Shown one piece after another: positions 19,539 through 29,894 of a stretch of 64,000 nucleotides of DNA. The notes beneath the pieces were generated by a model. It saw only the letters and a list, made by a program, of their open reading frames with translations. It was not told where the DNA came from and ran no database searches. The translations under genes and the position numbers were made by a program. Every line of letters starts with the position of its first letter. Positions within the stretch are counted from its first letter, which is position 1. The stretch comes from Gemmatimonas sp. (lineage in GTDB: Bacteria > Gemmatimonadota > Gemmatimonadetes > Gemmatimonadales > Gemmatimonadaceae). The DNA lies in the NCBI GenBank assembly GCA_031414535.1, contig JANNVQ010000005.1:1-64000 (forward strand). The letters are read 5' to 3'.

Positions 19539-20066
19539 GTGACCCCAGACCTCCGCTACCCCATCGGTAAATGGGCGCAGCCAACCACGCCCCTGAGCGC
19601 TAGCACACGCGGCGCCCTCATCGCCGACATCGCCAAGCTGCCCTCACAGCTCCGCGCGGCCGTCACCGGCCTCGCTGAGGTCCAACTCGACACGCCCTAT
19701 CGGCCCGGCGGCTGGTCCGTCCGCCAAGTGGTGCACCATCTGGCCGACTCGCACGCCAACGGCTTCATCCGCAACAAGCTCGCGCTCACGGAGCAGAATC
19801 CGACCATCAAGCCATACGACGAGGAGCGCTGGGCCGAATTACCAGATTCCACGCTGCCCGTGGAGGTCTCGCTGCGGATGCTCGAGTCCATTCACGAGCG
19901 CTGGGCCACGCTACTGAGCGCGCTAAGCGCCGAGCGGTTCGGCGCGCCTTACCAACATCCGCAGACGGGGCCGCAAACGCTGGACTCCTCGTTGAGCACC
20001 TACAGTTGGCACGGACGCCATCACGTGGCGCACCTTACGGAACTGCGCAAGCGCGAAGGCTTCTAA
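19539..20066 (+). CDS. YfiT/BstA-like DinB-superfamily thiol transferase / metal-dependent hydrolase
   Basis: DLRYPIG, YRPGGWSVRQVVHHLADSH, WHGRHH. Confidence 0.9.
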   Translation: MTPDLRYPIGKWAQPTTPLSASTRGALIADIAKLPSQLRAAVTGLAEVQLDTPYRPGGWSVRQVVHHLADSHANGFIRNKLALTEQNPTIKPYDEERWAELPDSTLPVEVSLRMLESIHERWATLLSALSAERFGAPYQHPQTGPQTLDSSLSTYSWHGRHHVAHLTELRKREGF

Positions 20067-20080
20067 ACACTCACCGACCT

Positions 20081-23000
20081 ATGCTCTCATTCGTGAAGTC
20101 CGCCCATCGCGCCGCCCTCGCCGCGGCAGTCCTCCTCGCGCATCCGCTCGCGGCGCAGGCCTACGACCCAACGCTCTACACCTCGCCAAGCGCCACCGAC
20201 CGCGCCTTCAAGGCGCTGCGCTGGCGCGCCGCCGGACCATTCCGCGGCGGACGCGTTGACGCAGTGGTTGGCCACCCCACATCACCCTTCTTGTTCTACA
20301 TGGGATCCGTGAACGGCGGCGTCTGGCGCACCAACAATGGCGGCCAGACTTGGGCCAACATCACTGATGGGAAGACGGACATCTCCTCGGTAGGCGCAAT
20401 CACTCTCGCGCCGAGCGATCCGAACGTCATCTACGTGGGCACGGGCGAATCGCAGCTGCGCGAAGATCTCACCTTCGGCACCGGCATGTACCGCTCCACC
20501 GACGCGGGGCAAACGTGGCAATCGCTCGGACTCGCTGACGCGCAGCAGATCACCGACATCGTCGTGGACCCTCGCGACGCAGACCGCGCCTACGTCAGCG
20601 CCATCGGCCACGCCTTCGGACCCAACGCCGAACGCGGCGTCTTCCGCACCACCGACGGCGGAAAGTCATGGACGAAGGTGCTGTTCGTGGACGACTCCAC
20701 GGGCGCACAGGACCTCGCGATGGATCCGTCAAATCCGCGCGTGCTCTACGCCACGATGTACAAGTTCCAGCGCACGCCCTGGAGCATGATTGCCGGCGGT
20801 GGACGCTCTGGCCTTTGGAAAACTACCGACGGCGGCGACACCTGGACCGAAATCAGCCGGAATCCCGGCCTCCCGCGCAGCCCGCTCGGCAAGATCGGCA
20901 TTGATGTCTCGCGCTCCAATCCGCAGCGCGTCTACGCGAGCGTTGAAGCGCCAGACTCGAGCGGCGGCCTGTTCCGCTCCGACGACGCCGGTGCGACTTG
21001 GGACCGAGTCGGCACCGATCCGCGACTCTGGGTGCGCAATTGGTACTACTCAGCGGTCACGGCTGACCCGACCGACGAGAACACGGTCTATGTGATGAAC
21101 CTGACCGTGCTCAAGTCCATTGATGGCGGCAAGACCTTCAACGAGCTCGACGTGCCACACGGGGACACTCACATCCTGTGGATTGATCCAACCAACGCGC
21201 AGCGCATGATCCTCGGCGATGACGGCGGCGCAGCCGTCACGTTTGACGGCACGGCCACGTGGAGCTCGCAGCACAATCAGCCCACGGCGCAGTTCTATCA
21301 CGTCAACACCGACAACCAGTTTCCCTACCGCATCTACGGCGCTCAGCAGGACAACTCGGCCATCTCCATGGCCTCGCGCGGCGAAGAAGGTGGGATCGGC
21401 ATCCGCGACTACTTCTCCGTGGCCGGCTGCGAGAACGCGACCATTGCCGTGGACCCGCGCGACCCCAACATCACTTACGGCGGTTGCTACCTCGGCATGC
21501 TCTCGCGCTACGATCGGCGCACGCGGCAAGAGCGCGACATCTCCGTCACCGACATCAATTGGGATGGATACGCCGCGAAGGACGCACCGGAGCGTTTTCA
21601 GTGGACGTTTCCTGTGCTCGTCTCGAGCCACGACCCGCGCACGCTCTATGTGACATCGCAGCACGTGTGGCGCTCGCGGACCGAGGGTGCGAGTTGGGAG
21701 CGCATCAGCCCAGACCTCACCAAGGGCGATCCCGCCACGCTCGAGCGCACGGGTGGCCCGATTCACGGTGAGATGACCGGCGCCGAGTGGTACGCTACCA
21801 TTTACGCATTCGCGGAATCACCCAAGCAGCAGGGCGTGCTTTGGGCCGGTTCGGACGATGGGCTCATTCACGTGTCGCGTGATGCTGGTGCGACCTGGCA
21901 GAACGTCACACCGCCAGGCTACGGCCGCTTCACGCGCACCGCGCACATTGACGCCTCGCCGCACGATGCGGGCACGGTGTACATCGCGGCCAACCGCTAC
22001 CAGCAGGATGACTTCGCGCCGTACCTCTGGAAGAGCAGCGATTACGGCCGCACGTGGACGCGCATCGTGAATGGCATTCCGCGCACGGCGTACACGCGCG
22101 TCGTCCGCGAGGACCCGATGCGCCGCGGTCTGCTCTACGCTGGCACCGAATACGGCGTGTGGGTCTCGATGGACGATGGTGCGCGCTGGCAGCCGCTACA
22201 GCTCAACCTGCCGCGTGTGAGCGTGCGCGACCTGCGCGTGCAGGGCAACGATCTCATCGCCGCCACGCACGGCCGTTCGTTCTGGGTAATTGACGATCTC
22301 TCACCGCTACGACAACTCGCGGACAGCGTTCGCGCCAAGCCGGTGCATCTCTTTCAGCCGGCCGCGGCCGTGCTCTGGGCAGGGAGTAGGGGCGGAAACG
22401 GGACCGGCGAAAATCCGCGCTCCGGTGTGTCCGTGGACTGGTGGCTGCGCGATGTGCCGCAGGGGAAGGCGCGCTTGGAGTTCACGACTGTGCAGGGCAC
22501 GGTGATTCGCCGCTTCGCCAGCGCCGACTCCGCCGTGGTCGCCGACAGCATCAGCTACCAGCCCTCCGACTCACTCGTGCCGCTGCGCCGCGGCAGCAAT
22601 CGCTTTGTGTGGAATCTTCGCAGCACTGCCGCACCGAAGCTTCCCAACACCGTGATTGACTTCGGCACCTTGCAGGGACCTTGGGTGCCGCCAGGCGAGT
22701 ACGGCGTACGGCTCATCGTCGGCAACGACACCTTGTCCCGCCGGTTCACCGTGACGGCCGACCCTCGTGTCACGAGCACGCAAGCGGAGCTACTTGCCCA
22801 ATACACGACGACGCGCCGCGTGATTGACCGCCTCGCCGAACTCGTGGACAACGTGAAGCGCGCCGAGGATTTACAAGCGCAGCTGAGCGACCGCGCCGGG
22901 CGCTTGAACGATGCTGGAGACTCGAGCGCCGCCAGGGCGCTCAGTGACTCCGCGAAGGCTGTACGCAACAAGGTCGAAGCTGTGCGGGCCGAGCTGTATG

Positions 23001-23269
23001 AAGTCGGCTGCCATGTGGATCAGTGCACGCTCGACATGCCGGTCAAGCTGTACAACAAGTTCATCACGCTCAACATGCAGATTCAGACCGGAGCCTACGC
23101 CCCGACGCAACAAAACACCGAAGTCTTTGACTCGCTCAGCGCGCGCCTTGATGCGCAACTCAGGGAACTGCGGCGGATTGAGGCCGAAGACCTCGTGCGA
23201 TTCAATGCACAGCTACAACAGCTCGGCCTGCCACCCGTGTATGTGCCCGCGAGGAAGCCCATCGCCTGA
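20081..23269 (+). CDS. Secreted VPS10/BNR-repeat glycosyl hydrolase-like protein
   Basis: WRAAGPFRGGR and many SxDxGxTW Asp-box repeats; ATHGRSFW. Confidence 0.88.
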   Translation: MLSFVKSAHRAALAAAVLLAHPLAAQAYDPTLYTSPSATDRAFKALRWRAAGPFRGGRVDAVVGHPTSPFLFYMGSVNGGVWRTNNGGQTWANITDGKTDISSVGAITLAPSDPNVIYVGTGESQLREDLTFGTGMYRSTDAGQTWQSLGLADAQQITDIVVDPRDADRAYVSAIGHAFGPNAERGVFRTTDGGKSWTKVLFVDDSTGAQDLAMDPSNPRVLYATMYKFQRTPWSMIAGGGRSGLWKTTDGGDTWTEISRNPGLPRSPLGKIGIDVSRSNPQRVYASVEAPDSSGGLFRSDDAGATWDRVGTDPRLWVRNWYYSAVTADPTDENTVYVMNLTVLKSIDGGKTFNELDVPHGDTHILWIDPTNAQRMILGDDGGAAVTFDGTATWSSQHNQPTAQFYHVNTDNQFPYRIYGAQQDNSAISMASRGEEGGIGIRDYFSVAGCENATIAVDPRDPNITYGGCYLGMLSRYDRRTRQERDISVTDINWDGYAAKDAPERFQWTFPVLVSSHDPRTLYVTSQHVWRSRTEGASWERISPDLTKGDPATLERTGGPIHGEMTGAEWYATIYAFAESPKQQGVLWAGSDDGLIHVSRDAGATWQNVTPPGYGRFTRTAHIDASPHDAGTVYIAANRYQQDDFAPYLWKSSDYGRTWTRIVNGIPRTAYTRVVREDPMRRGLLYAGTEYGVWVSMDDGARWQPLQLNLPRVSVRDLRVQGNDLIAATHGRSFWVIDDLSPLRQLADSVRAKPVHLFQPAAAVLWAGSRGGNGTGENPRSGVSVDWWLRDVPQGKARLEFTTVQGTVIRRFASADSAVVADSISYQPSDSLVPLRRGSNRFVWNLRSTAAPKLPNTVIDFGTLQGPWVPPGEYGVRLIVGNDTLSRRFTVTADPRVTSTQAELLAQYTTTRRVIDRLAELVDNVKRAEDLQAQLSDRAGRLNDAGDSSAARALSDSAKAVRNKVEAVRAELYEVGCHVDQCTLDMPVKLYNKFITLNMQIQTGAYAPTQQNTEVFDSLSARLDAQLRELRRIEAEDLVRFNAQLQQLGLPPVYVPARKPIA

Positions 23270-23287
23270 GTCCGCGCACGCGGGAAC

Positions 23288-23333
23288 GACGGATGACGGA
23301 ACGCAGTTCGCTTCCGTCATCCGTCTTCCGTCC
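23288..23333. repeat. Inverted heptamer-repeat element
   Basis: GACGGATGACGGAACGCAGTTCGCTTCCGTCATCCGTCTTCCGTCC. Confidence 0.9.
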
Positions 23334-23371
23334 CCTTTCCCCCACACAAAAACCCGGCACCGGGAGAATGC

Positions 23372-23401
23372 AAAAACGGCGCGAACCGAAGTTCGCGCCG
23401 T
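23372..23401 (-). terminator. Rho-independent terminator of the tRNA-Ala transcript
   Basis: ACGGCGCGAAC-TTCG-GTTCGCGCCGT followed by TTTT on the minus strand. Confidence 0.8.
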
Positions 23402-23411
23402 CATCAGTCTT

Positions 23412-23503
23412 GCTGGACCCCACAGGTTGCCACGCGCGCCGTCATTGGAACTATACGTCCTACCGAACAGCGGCGGGCTTCTTTCCTGCTTGGGGGATCC
23501 AGC
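23412..23503 (-). ncRNA. Candidate structured RNA between tRNA-Ala and its terminator
   Basis: Rod-like fold: GCTGGATCCCC/GGGGTCCAGC, CAGG/CCTG and CGCCG/CGGCG pairings with internal bubbles. Confidence 0.3.
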
Positions 23504-23513
23504 GTTACTTCAG

Positions 23514-23586
23514 TGGAGCTGAGGGGGATCGAACCCCTGACCTCTGCAGTGCGATTGCAGCGCTCTCCCAGCTGAGCTACAGCCCC
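23514..23586 (-). tRNA. tRNA-Ala(CGC)
   Basis: GGGGCTGTAGCTCAGCTGGGAGAGCG..CTGCA-AT-CGC-AC-TGCAG..GGTTCGATCC..CAGCTCCA; G3:U70 pair. Confidence 0.95.
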
Positions 23587-23780
23587 AAATCGCGTGCGGG
23601 TCAGGTCCCTGCGTCCTTACATACTCCAGACGAGCGAACAAGGTTCCCGGTCACGCATACGGCCTCGCCCTTACGTTCTGGGGCGAGGCCGCCGAGAGCA
23701 GAAACTTAGTGGCGCCGGGAACCCCGCGCCACCCCCTGTAGCTTCCACTGAGGGACCCCCGCCGTACCCTCAAAAACAGC

Positions 23781-25193
23781 ATGCACCGCCTCGAATCCGA
23801 ATACGTCCGCGGCCAGCTCTCGCTGCGCCGCCGCGATGCCAACCAAAACGACACGCGCGCCACCGGTGACTACGTCCTTTACTGGATGCAGTCCTCGCAT
23901 CGCTTTGAGGACAATTGGGCGCTCCGCTACGCCGTGCTCCAGGCCGACGCGCTGGGCAAACCCTTGCTCATCCACCAGGGCCTCGATCCCACCTACGAGC
24001 ACGCCAACGACCGCATCCACACGGTCATCCTTGAGAACGCCAAAGCCCTCCACCGCCGCGCCGCGAAGCTCGGCTTGCGCTACCAGTTTGTGCTCCGCCG
24101 CCGCCGCGATGACGACCGCCGCGTGGTAGACCATTTGGCCGCCCGTGCCGCGATCGTGATCACGGATCTCTTCCCCACGGCCGGTATCGCCGAGCGCACG
24201 GCACGGTTCGCCGAACGCTGCCCCGTGCGTGTGGTGGAAGTGGAATCGCACTGCATCGTGCCCTACGGCAACTTCGTGAAGGAGGAATACGCGGCCCGCA
24301 CCATTCGCCCGAAGATTGCGAAGGTGCTCGACCACGCACTCGAGCCCGTGGAAGACCGCGGCCCGCGCGCGAAGTTTACGGAGTCAATGTGGGAGTCAAT
24401 CGATGTGCCACGCGTGGACTTCAGCGACTTCGACGTCGCCGCGGCCGTCGCGAGTTGCGAGATTGATCACAGCGTGGCCCCGGTGCCCTTCACCAGCGGC
24501 CTTGATGGTGCTCGCAAGCGCCTCGCGGCCTTCTGTAAGGATGGCATCGCGGACTACGCCGAGCGTCGAAATGAACCTAAGGATACGAATGGTTCCTCGC
24601 GGCTCTCACCCTACCTGCACTTCGGCCAGATATCCGCGGCCGAAGTCGCCCGCACGGTGCGCGAGACGGGGCACAAGGAGTCAGTGCAGAAGTTCGAAGA
24701 CGAACTCGTCACCTGGCGTGAACTCGCCTACAACTTCTGCGTGCGCAACCCGAACTTCGGCAAGCTGAAGGGTCTGCCTGACTGGGCGCACCGCTCCATG
24801 GAGAAGCACAAGGACGACCCGCGCGAGCACATCTACTCACTGGAGCAACTTGAGCGCGCCGAGACCTACGACGAACTCTGGAACGCCGCCCAGCGCGAGA
24901 TGGTCCGCACGGGACACATGCACAACGTCACGCGCATGCTCTGGGGCAAGTCGGTGCTGCTCTGGACGGCGCGCTACAAGCACGCGCTCGAGCATCTCAT
25001 CCTGCTCAACAACAAGTACGCACTCGACGGGCGCGATCCCTCGAGCTACGGCGGCATCCAGTGGTGCTTCGGTAAGTTCGATCGGCCGTGGTTCGACAAG
25101 CCTGTCTTCGGTGTGATCCGGCCGATGTCGCTCGCCCGTGCGCGCCAGAAGTTCGATGCCGAGGCGTATATCCGGATGTTTCCGGCGTCCTGA
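23781..25193 (+). CDS. Deoxyribodipyrimidine photolyase, class II-like
   Basis: VLYWMQ..DNWAL, SRLSPYLHFGQIS, GHMHNVTRMLWGK, YALDGRDP. Confidence 0.9.
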   Translation: MHRLESEYVRGQLSLRRRDANQNDTRATGDYVLYWMQSSHRFEDNWALRYAVLQADALGKPLLIHQGLDPTYEHANDRIHTVILENAKALHRRAAKLGLRYQFVLRRRRDDDRRVVDHLAARAAIVITDLFPTAGIAERTARFAERCPVRVVEVESHCIVPYGNFVKEEYAARTIRPKIAKVLDHALEPVEDRGPRAKFTESMWESIDVPRVDFSDFDVAAAVASCEIDHSVAPVPFTSGLDGARKRLAAFCKDGIADYAERRNEPKDTNGSSRLSPYLHFGQISAAEVARTVRETGHKESVQKFEDELVTWRELAYNFCVRNPNFGKLKGLPDWAHRSMEKHKDDPREHIYSLEQLERAETYDELWNAAQREMVRTGHMHNVTRMLWGKSVLLWTARYKHALEHLILLNNKYALDGRDPSSYGGIQWCFGKFDRPWFDKPVFGVIRPMSLARARQKFDAEAYIRMFPAS

Positions 25194-25206
25194 ACTGCCA
25201 CTGCTA

Positions 25207-25323
25207 TCACCACGGAGGCACGGAGGCTCGGAGACTACACGAGCGGGAATGAAGGGAACTGCTGAGATCACTTGGCGAAGACCCCCAAGAGCTTCTCAAG
25301 AAGTCTCCGTGCCTCCGTGATGA
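25207..25323. repeat. REP/MITE-like element with CACGGAGG terminal inverted repeats
   Basis: TCACCACGGAGGCACGGAG ... CTCCGTGCCTCCGTGATGA; second copy at 43129-43270. Confidence 0.85.
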
Positions 25324-25348
25324 AGCCTTTGCAGTAGCTTGTAAGCCA

Positions 25349-26317
25349 ATGCCAACCAGCATTCTTCCAGACGCGGACGAGATCAGAGTCGCGTACGCAC
25401 GCATCAAGCCCTACGTGCTGCGCACACCGCTCATCAAGTCAGACGCGCTCTCCGAACAACTCGGCGGCGACGTGTGGCTCAAGATGGAGTGCGACCAACA
25501 CGGCGGCTCGTTCAAACTGCGCGGCGCCTTGAATGCGATGCTTGCGCTCTCGCCTCTGGAGCGTGCCGCTGGTGTGGTGGCTTCGTCAGCCGGGAATCAC
25601 GGGATTGGCATCGCCATAGCCGCCGAGCAACTCGGCGTGAAGGCGACCATCTTCGTGCCGGCTAGCGCGCCCGAGGTGAAGCGCGTCAAGATTGCCAAGT
25701 TTGGCGCGACCATCGTCGCCTCCGAGCCCAGTTACGATGCCGCCGAGGACGCCGCAAAACTCTTTGCGCAACGCCATCAAGCGACCTTCGTCAGTCCCTG
25801 CACCGGGCGCAATCTTCTGGCCGGTGCTGGCACGGTTGCGCTCGAGATCTTTGAGCAACACCCCGACATCGCCACCCTGCTAGTCTGCGTGGGCGGTGGC
25901 GGACTCGCAGGCGGCGTGGGCGGCTTTGTGCGCTCCGCACACCCCAACACGCGAATCCATGGCGCGCAGAGCGTGCTCACCAATGCGATGACCTTGGCAC
26001 TCGCCCAAGGCAGAGCTGTGGACGTGCCCGATCTTCCCACGCTCGCGGATGGACTCGCGGGACGCGTGGACGAGGAGATGTATCTGCAGGGCAAGGCCGC
26101 GCTCGATGCAATCACGACGGTGACGGAAGCGGACATAGCCGATGCCATTCGCTTCATGTACCGCGAGCATGGCGCGGTGGTAGAAGGCTCGGGCGCAGTG
26201 GGCGTCGCGGCGTTGCGCAGTGCGGCACTCGCCCCCAGCGCGTTTCCCGTGGCCGTGACCGTCAGTGGCGGGAACATCGAACAGGCGCGCTGGCAGTCGC
26301 TCACCGCCCAGAGCTAA
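25349..26317 (+). CDS. PLP-dependent threonine/serine dehydratase family protein
   Basis: GSFKLRGA, SAGNHG, VGGGGL, SGGN; no regulatory domain. Confidence 0.9.
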   Translation: MPTSILPDADEIRVAYARIKPYVLRTPLIKSDALSEQLGGDVWLKMECDQHGGSFKLRGALNAMLALSPLERAAGVVASSAGNHGIGIAIAAEQLGVKATIFVPASAPEVKRVKIAKFGATIVASEPSYDAAEDAAKLFAQRHQATFVSPCTGRNLLAGAGTVALEIFEQHPDIATLLVCVGGGGLAGGVGGFVRSAHPNTRIHGAQSVLTNAMTLALAQGRAVDVPDLPTLADGLAGRVDEEMYLQGKAALDAITTVTEADIADAIRFMYREHGAVVEGSGAVGVAALRSAALAPSAFPVAVTVSGGNIEQARWQSLTAQS

Positions 26318-26365
26318 CGCGGCCGAGCGCGATCCGTCCCCTGCCACACCCAGCCGCTCCATCAA

Positions 26366-26659
26366 TCAAGGTGCCTGCCTTCTCGGAGCCTCGCCGAACT
26401 GCTGGAGCAGGACCAACGCGGCGTTCCGGCGATCGTCACTCGTGTGCATGCGCCCGGCCCCGATTTCGTCAATGACGAGTCTCAGGCGGTCAAGATCGCT
26501 GCGACCGGGACTCCCGCCTCGGCGCGCCTCCTGGTCCTCGAGGGCCAATTCGACCAGCAGCAGATTGTCTGACGGGACGTCGCTCCCGCCTGTGTATCCA
26601 ACGGAGGAGCAGGACATGCCATTACAGAGGAGCGCGAGTGTAAGTAGATCGCGGAACAT
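26366..26659 (-). CDS. Small hypothetical exported protein, possibly truncated
   Basis: Signal-like N-terminus, GGGAG-like RBS and a short helical body. Confidence 0.35.
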   Translation of the reverse strand: MFRDLLTLALLCNGMSCSSVGYTGGSDVPSDNLLLVELALEDQEARRGGSPGRSDLDRLRLVIDEIGAGRMHTSDDRRNAALVLLQQFGEAPRRQAP

Positions 26660-26722
26660 GACAGGGAGATGGTGAGGGGTTTGGGCCAGGCATCGGCCGT
26701 GGGACTTCCTCCGCCTTAGTCT

Positions 26723-27463
26723 CTACGGCGTGGAGCCGCGGGTTCCCCACGCAAGCGCGGTGCTGAACCCGATGCGAATGGCGAAGAGGTCTGCCGCGGA
26801 GCGCTTGACGTCAAAGTTCAACGAGCCGTCGGGATTGTCGGTGATGCCACCCTCGGTGAGGTATTCGCGACGACCGTGTCCTTGGTACGCGACTCCGAAA
26901 TCCAGCGCGGAGTGCTTGCTAAGAGGCATGCGGACTCCGCCGCCGCCGCTCCAGAAGAATCCGGCGTCGCCGAAGTTCTCGTCGGCGGCCACGAAATCGG
27001 GCAGGATGCCGCCGTCAAGCGCACTCAGGGTCGCGAACCGGCTCACGCCAACGAGTCCATGGCCGTAGAGGCGGAACGCTCCCAGCGGGATTGACCACTC
27101 GGGACCGACGCCGAGGGAGAGGATGTTGTTGCTGGTGATGACCCGCGCTTCGATACGGCAGCCAGGCGTGGCGCCGAGGCACACCTGCTCACTCTCGGAT
27201 CCATAGTTGAGCCATCCAGCTTGGAGCCGTAGCGCGGCGTTTCCGCGGCGGTCGAGTTGGAGCAGGAGATGCGCCTGCAGTCCGACAGCATTGTTGACCT
27301 GCTGCGTGAAATCACCGACCGGCTGACCGATGTCGAGTGCACCGCCGACCTGCCAGCGCCGAAGGGTCGTTGAGGAGTCGAGGGCGCTGGGGGGAGACTG
27401 CTGACCAGTCAGGGCGGAGGAGAGTGTGAGGAGCCCAGCGAGGGCGGATGCGAGGTGGCGCAT
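26723..27463 (-). CDS. Outer-membrane beta-barrel protein
   Basis: Signal peptide and alternating amphipathic beta strands. Confidence 0.75.
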   Translation of the reverse strand: MRHLASALAGLLTLSSALTGQQSPPSALDSSTTLRRWQVGGALDIGQPVGDFTQQVNNAVGLQAHLLLQLDRRGNAALRLQAGWLNYGSESEQVCLGATPGCRIEARVITSNNILSLGVGPEWSIPLGAFRLYGHGLVGVSRFATLSALDGGILPDFVAADENFGDAGFFWSGGGGVRMPLSKHSALDFGVAYQGHGRREYLTEGGITDNPDGSLNFDVKRSAADLFAIRIGFSTALAWGTRGSTP

Positions 27464-27491
27464 GGGTTGGGAAGGGGAGAGAGTAGTGAAG

Positions 27492-27566
27492 CTTACAGCG
27501 TAAGTTAAAACATACACCGTAAGTATGTCGCGGTCAAGGTGGCCGATGGTTGCCTTACAGTGTCAG
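27492..27566. promoter_or_regulatory. Three putative TetR operators CTTAC-N3-GTAAG
   Basis: CTTACAGCGTAAG 27492, CATACACCGTAAG 27511 and CTTACAGTGTCAG 27554 in the divergent promoter. Confidence 0.7.
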
Positions 27567-27585
27567 TCGGGGTCATCTTTTGCGT

Positions 27586-28236
27586 ATGACCACGTCACGA
27601 CGCACCCCACTGACCCGCGATCGCATCCTGCGCGCCGGCATGCGGTTGGCAGACCGGCAGGGGATCGATGCCTTGTCCATGCGCCGGCTCGCGACGGCGC
27701 TACGCGTCGAGGCGATGTCGCTCTACAACCACGTCGCCAACAAGGATGACTTGCTCGACGGGATGGTGGATCTCGTCATTGCTGAGATCACCTTGCCCAC
27801 GCCCGGTGGCGACTGGAAGGCGACCATGCGTGCGCGTGCCCATTCCACGCTCGCGGCGATGACGGCGCACCCGTGGGCGCCGATGCTCATCGTCTCGCGG
27901 ATCACCGTCGGCCCCAATCGGCTGGGCTACATCGACGCAACGCTTGGCGTGCTTCGTGAAGCCGGATTCTCTTGGGCCGAAACGGATCACGGGTGGAATA
28001 CGATGGACAACTACATCCTCGGGTACACGCTCCAGCAACAGAACTTCCCGGTGAGTCCTGACGAGTATGCCTCAGCGGCGGCAAGCTACCTACCGATGAT
28101 CCCGGCGGATACGCTTCCCTACATGCACGAGATGAGTGCGCTCGTGGCCGCGCGCAAGCACGACGGGCTGCCGGACTTCGCGTTCGGTCTCGAACTGATT
28201 CTTGACGGGCTCGAACGTTTGCGAGGGCGGCGTTAG
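27586..28236 (+). CDS. TetR/AcrR family transcriptional regulator (TetR_C type)
   Basis: LSMRRLATALRVEAMSLYNHVANKDDLL HTH; FAFGLELILDGL C-terminus. Confidence 0.92.
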   Translation: MTTSRRTPLTRDRILRAGMRLADRQGIDALSMRRLATALRVEAMSLYNHVANKDDLLDGMVDLVIAEITLPTPGGDWKATMRARAHSTLAAMTAHPWAPMLIVSRITVGPNRLGYIDATLGVLREAGFSWAETDHGWNTMDNYILGYTLQQQNFPVSPDEYASAAASYLPMIPADTLPYMHEMSALVAARKHDGLPDFAFGLELILDGLERLRGRR

Positions 28237-28254
28237 CGGAGCCAGTTGCGGACG

Positions 28255-29862
28255 CTAGTCCGCAAACTGCGCCCGTATCACCGGGCTTTTCAGCATTCCC
28301 CAGAGGAGCTGGAGATTTGCGCGAACGCTCCGGGCCTGCTGCTCGGCAAACGCCAGCAGTTCATCTAACGCGGCACGATCAAGATATTGCCCGTTGAAGA
28401 ACAGACCCGAGATCCTCCCGGTGTTGCGGATATCGGTGAGTGGATTGGCGTCGAGCAAAATGAGGTCGGCAACCTTCCCCGCCTCGATGCTGCCGTAGTC
28501 CCCGGCCTTGCCGCTGAATAGCGCCGCATCGATAGTCGCACTGCGCAGGGCGTCTGCCGGCGCCAGGCCTCCGCGCACGAGTTCGGCCAGTTCGTCGTGG
28601 ATGGCGAACCCGGGGAACACGTAGGTGTCGCCGGCATCGGTTCCAGCCACGATGCGGACGCCAGCCGCGTGGGCCTGGCGCACGTTATCCAGCGCAAGTT
28701 GATACAACTCCGCGCTCACGTCGCGACCGGATGCAAGCCGAGCATGCTCCGCCTCGCCATCGGCATCCGGTCCCCAGATGCCGGCCCTGATGATGAACGG
28801 GATAAAGCGCCGGCGCGAGTCTTCGCGGAACTCTCGGTTACCGGCGAGCGCACTCATGCGAAGCACCTGCAGGGTCGGTGTCCACCAGGTATCAGAGGCC
28901 GCCATCGCCGCCATGGCATCGGCGCAGCGCTTGGAATCATGCTCGTCAATGAACCGGGCCCGCATCTCCACGGTGTAAGCAGCGGCGGGATTCGCCAGTG
29001 CCCGGAACTCGGCGGCACCCCGGTAGCATTCGAACAAGAACAGGCGCGGATGCTCGATGCTCCTCTGGCCGGCGGCGAGTGCCTGCTCAAGCGACACGCG
29101 CACGGGGAGATGGCCCGCGAACAAGAGTCCGTGTTTGGACGCTTCCGCTGCGATTGCCTCGTAGGCCGCCACGGACACATTGGTGTAAACCTTTAAGAGA
29201 TCAACACCAGTGGAGGCATGATACGTTACCAACGCGCTGACTTCTTTTGCATTTCGCGCCTTGAAGAATGCAGGTGCGGCAGCAGGCACCCCTCCCTCGC
29301 CGTTGATGGCATAGCTGGCGCGCTGGATGTATCGGGGCGCAAGCTGGCTGCGATCACCGAGCCCGCTGCGCCAGCGTTCAATGTCTTCGGGGCAGGCAAC
29401 GAAACTGTCCGGCAGGGATGTGCATCCCCACATCTCACGCACGCCCGTCACGCCATTCGCAATGAACAGGGGATGGATGTACTGTGGCGAGATCTTGAGT
29501 GAATGCACATGCATGTCCCATAGCCCGGGGACGAGGAACTTGCCGCTGCCGTCCACAACGACGAGGCCGCGTTGCCCACGTTCGGCAGCGCTCGCGCCGA
29601 TGGATTCAATGCGCCCGCCGCGGATGACCACATCACGACCGGGGAGAATCTCGCCGTTCACGACATCAACTAAGGCGACATTCCTGACAAGGAAATCACC
29701 AGCTAAGCCTGGACGCGGCATCGTCGGCAACGGCCAGTTCAGCAATGCCAGCAGTGCGACAGCAAGCGCGACGACCAGCCCTGTGAGGACCGCCAGCAGC
29801 TTCTTGAGTTTGCCGGGCCGCGCGCGAAGCAAAGGCTGTGTATGATTGTTTTCCACCGTCAT
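28255..29862 (-). CDS. Amidohydrolase family protein, N-terminally anchored
   Basis: PGLWDMHVH, GTDAG, GSIEAGKVADLILLDANPL. Confidence 0.9.
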   Translation of the reverse strand: MTVENNHTQPLLRARPGKLKKLLAVLTGLVVALAVALLALLNWPLPTMPRPGLAGDFLVRNVALVDVVNGEILPGRDVVIRGGRIESIGASAAERGQRGLVVVDGSGKFLVPGLWDMHVHSLKISPQYIHPLFIANGVTGVREMWGCTSLPDSFVACPEDIERWRSGLGDRSQLAPRYIQRASYAINGEGGVPAAAPAFFKARNAKEVSALVTYHASTGVDLLKVYTNVSVAAYEAIAAEASKHGLLFAGHLPVRVSLEQALAAGQRSIEHPRLFLFECYRGAAEFRALANPAAAYTVEMRARFIDEHDSKRCADAMAAMAASDTWWTPTLQVLRMSALAGNREFREDSRRRFIPFIIRAGIWGPDADGEAEHARLASGRDVSAELYQLALDNVRQAHAAGVRIVAGTDAGDTYVFPGFAIHDELAELVRGGLAPADALRSATIDAALFSGKAGDYGSIEAGKVADLILLDANPLTDIRNTGRISGLFFNGQYLDRAALDELLAFAEQQARSVRANLQLLWGMLKSPVIRAQFAD

Positions 29863-29894
29863 CCTCGTTGGTCCAATAATCGCCTGTACGAATG

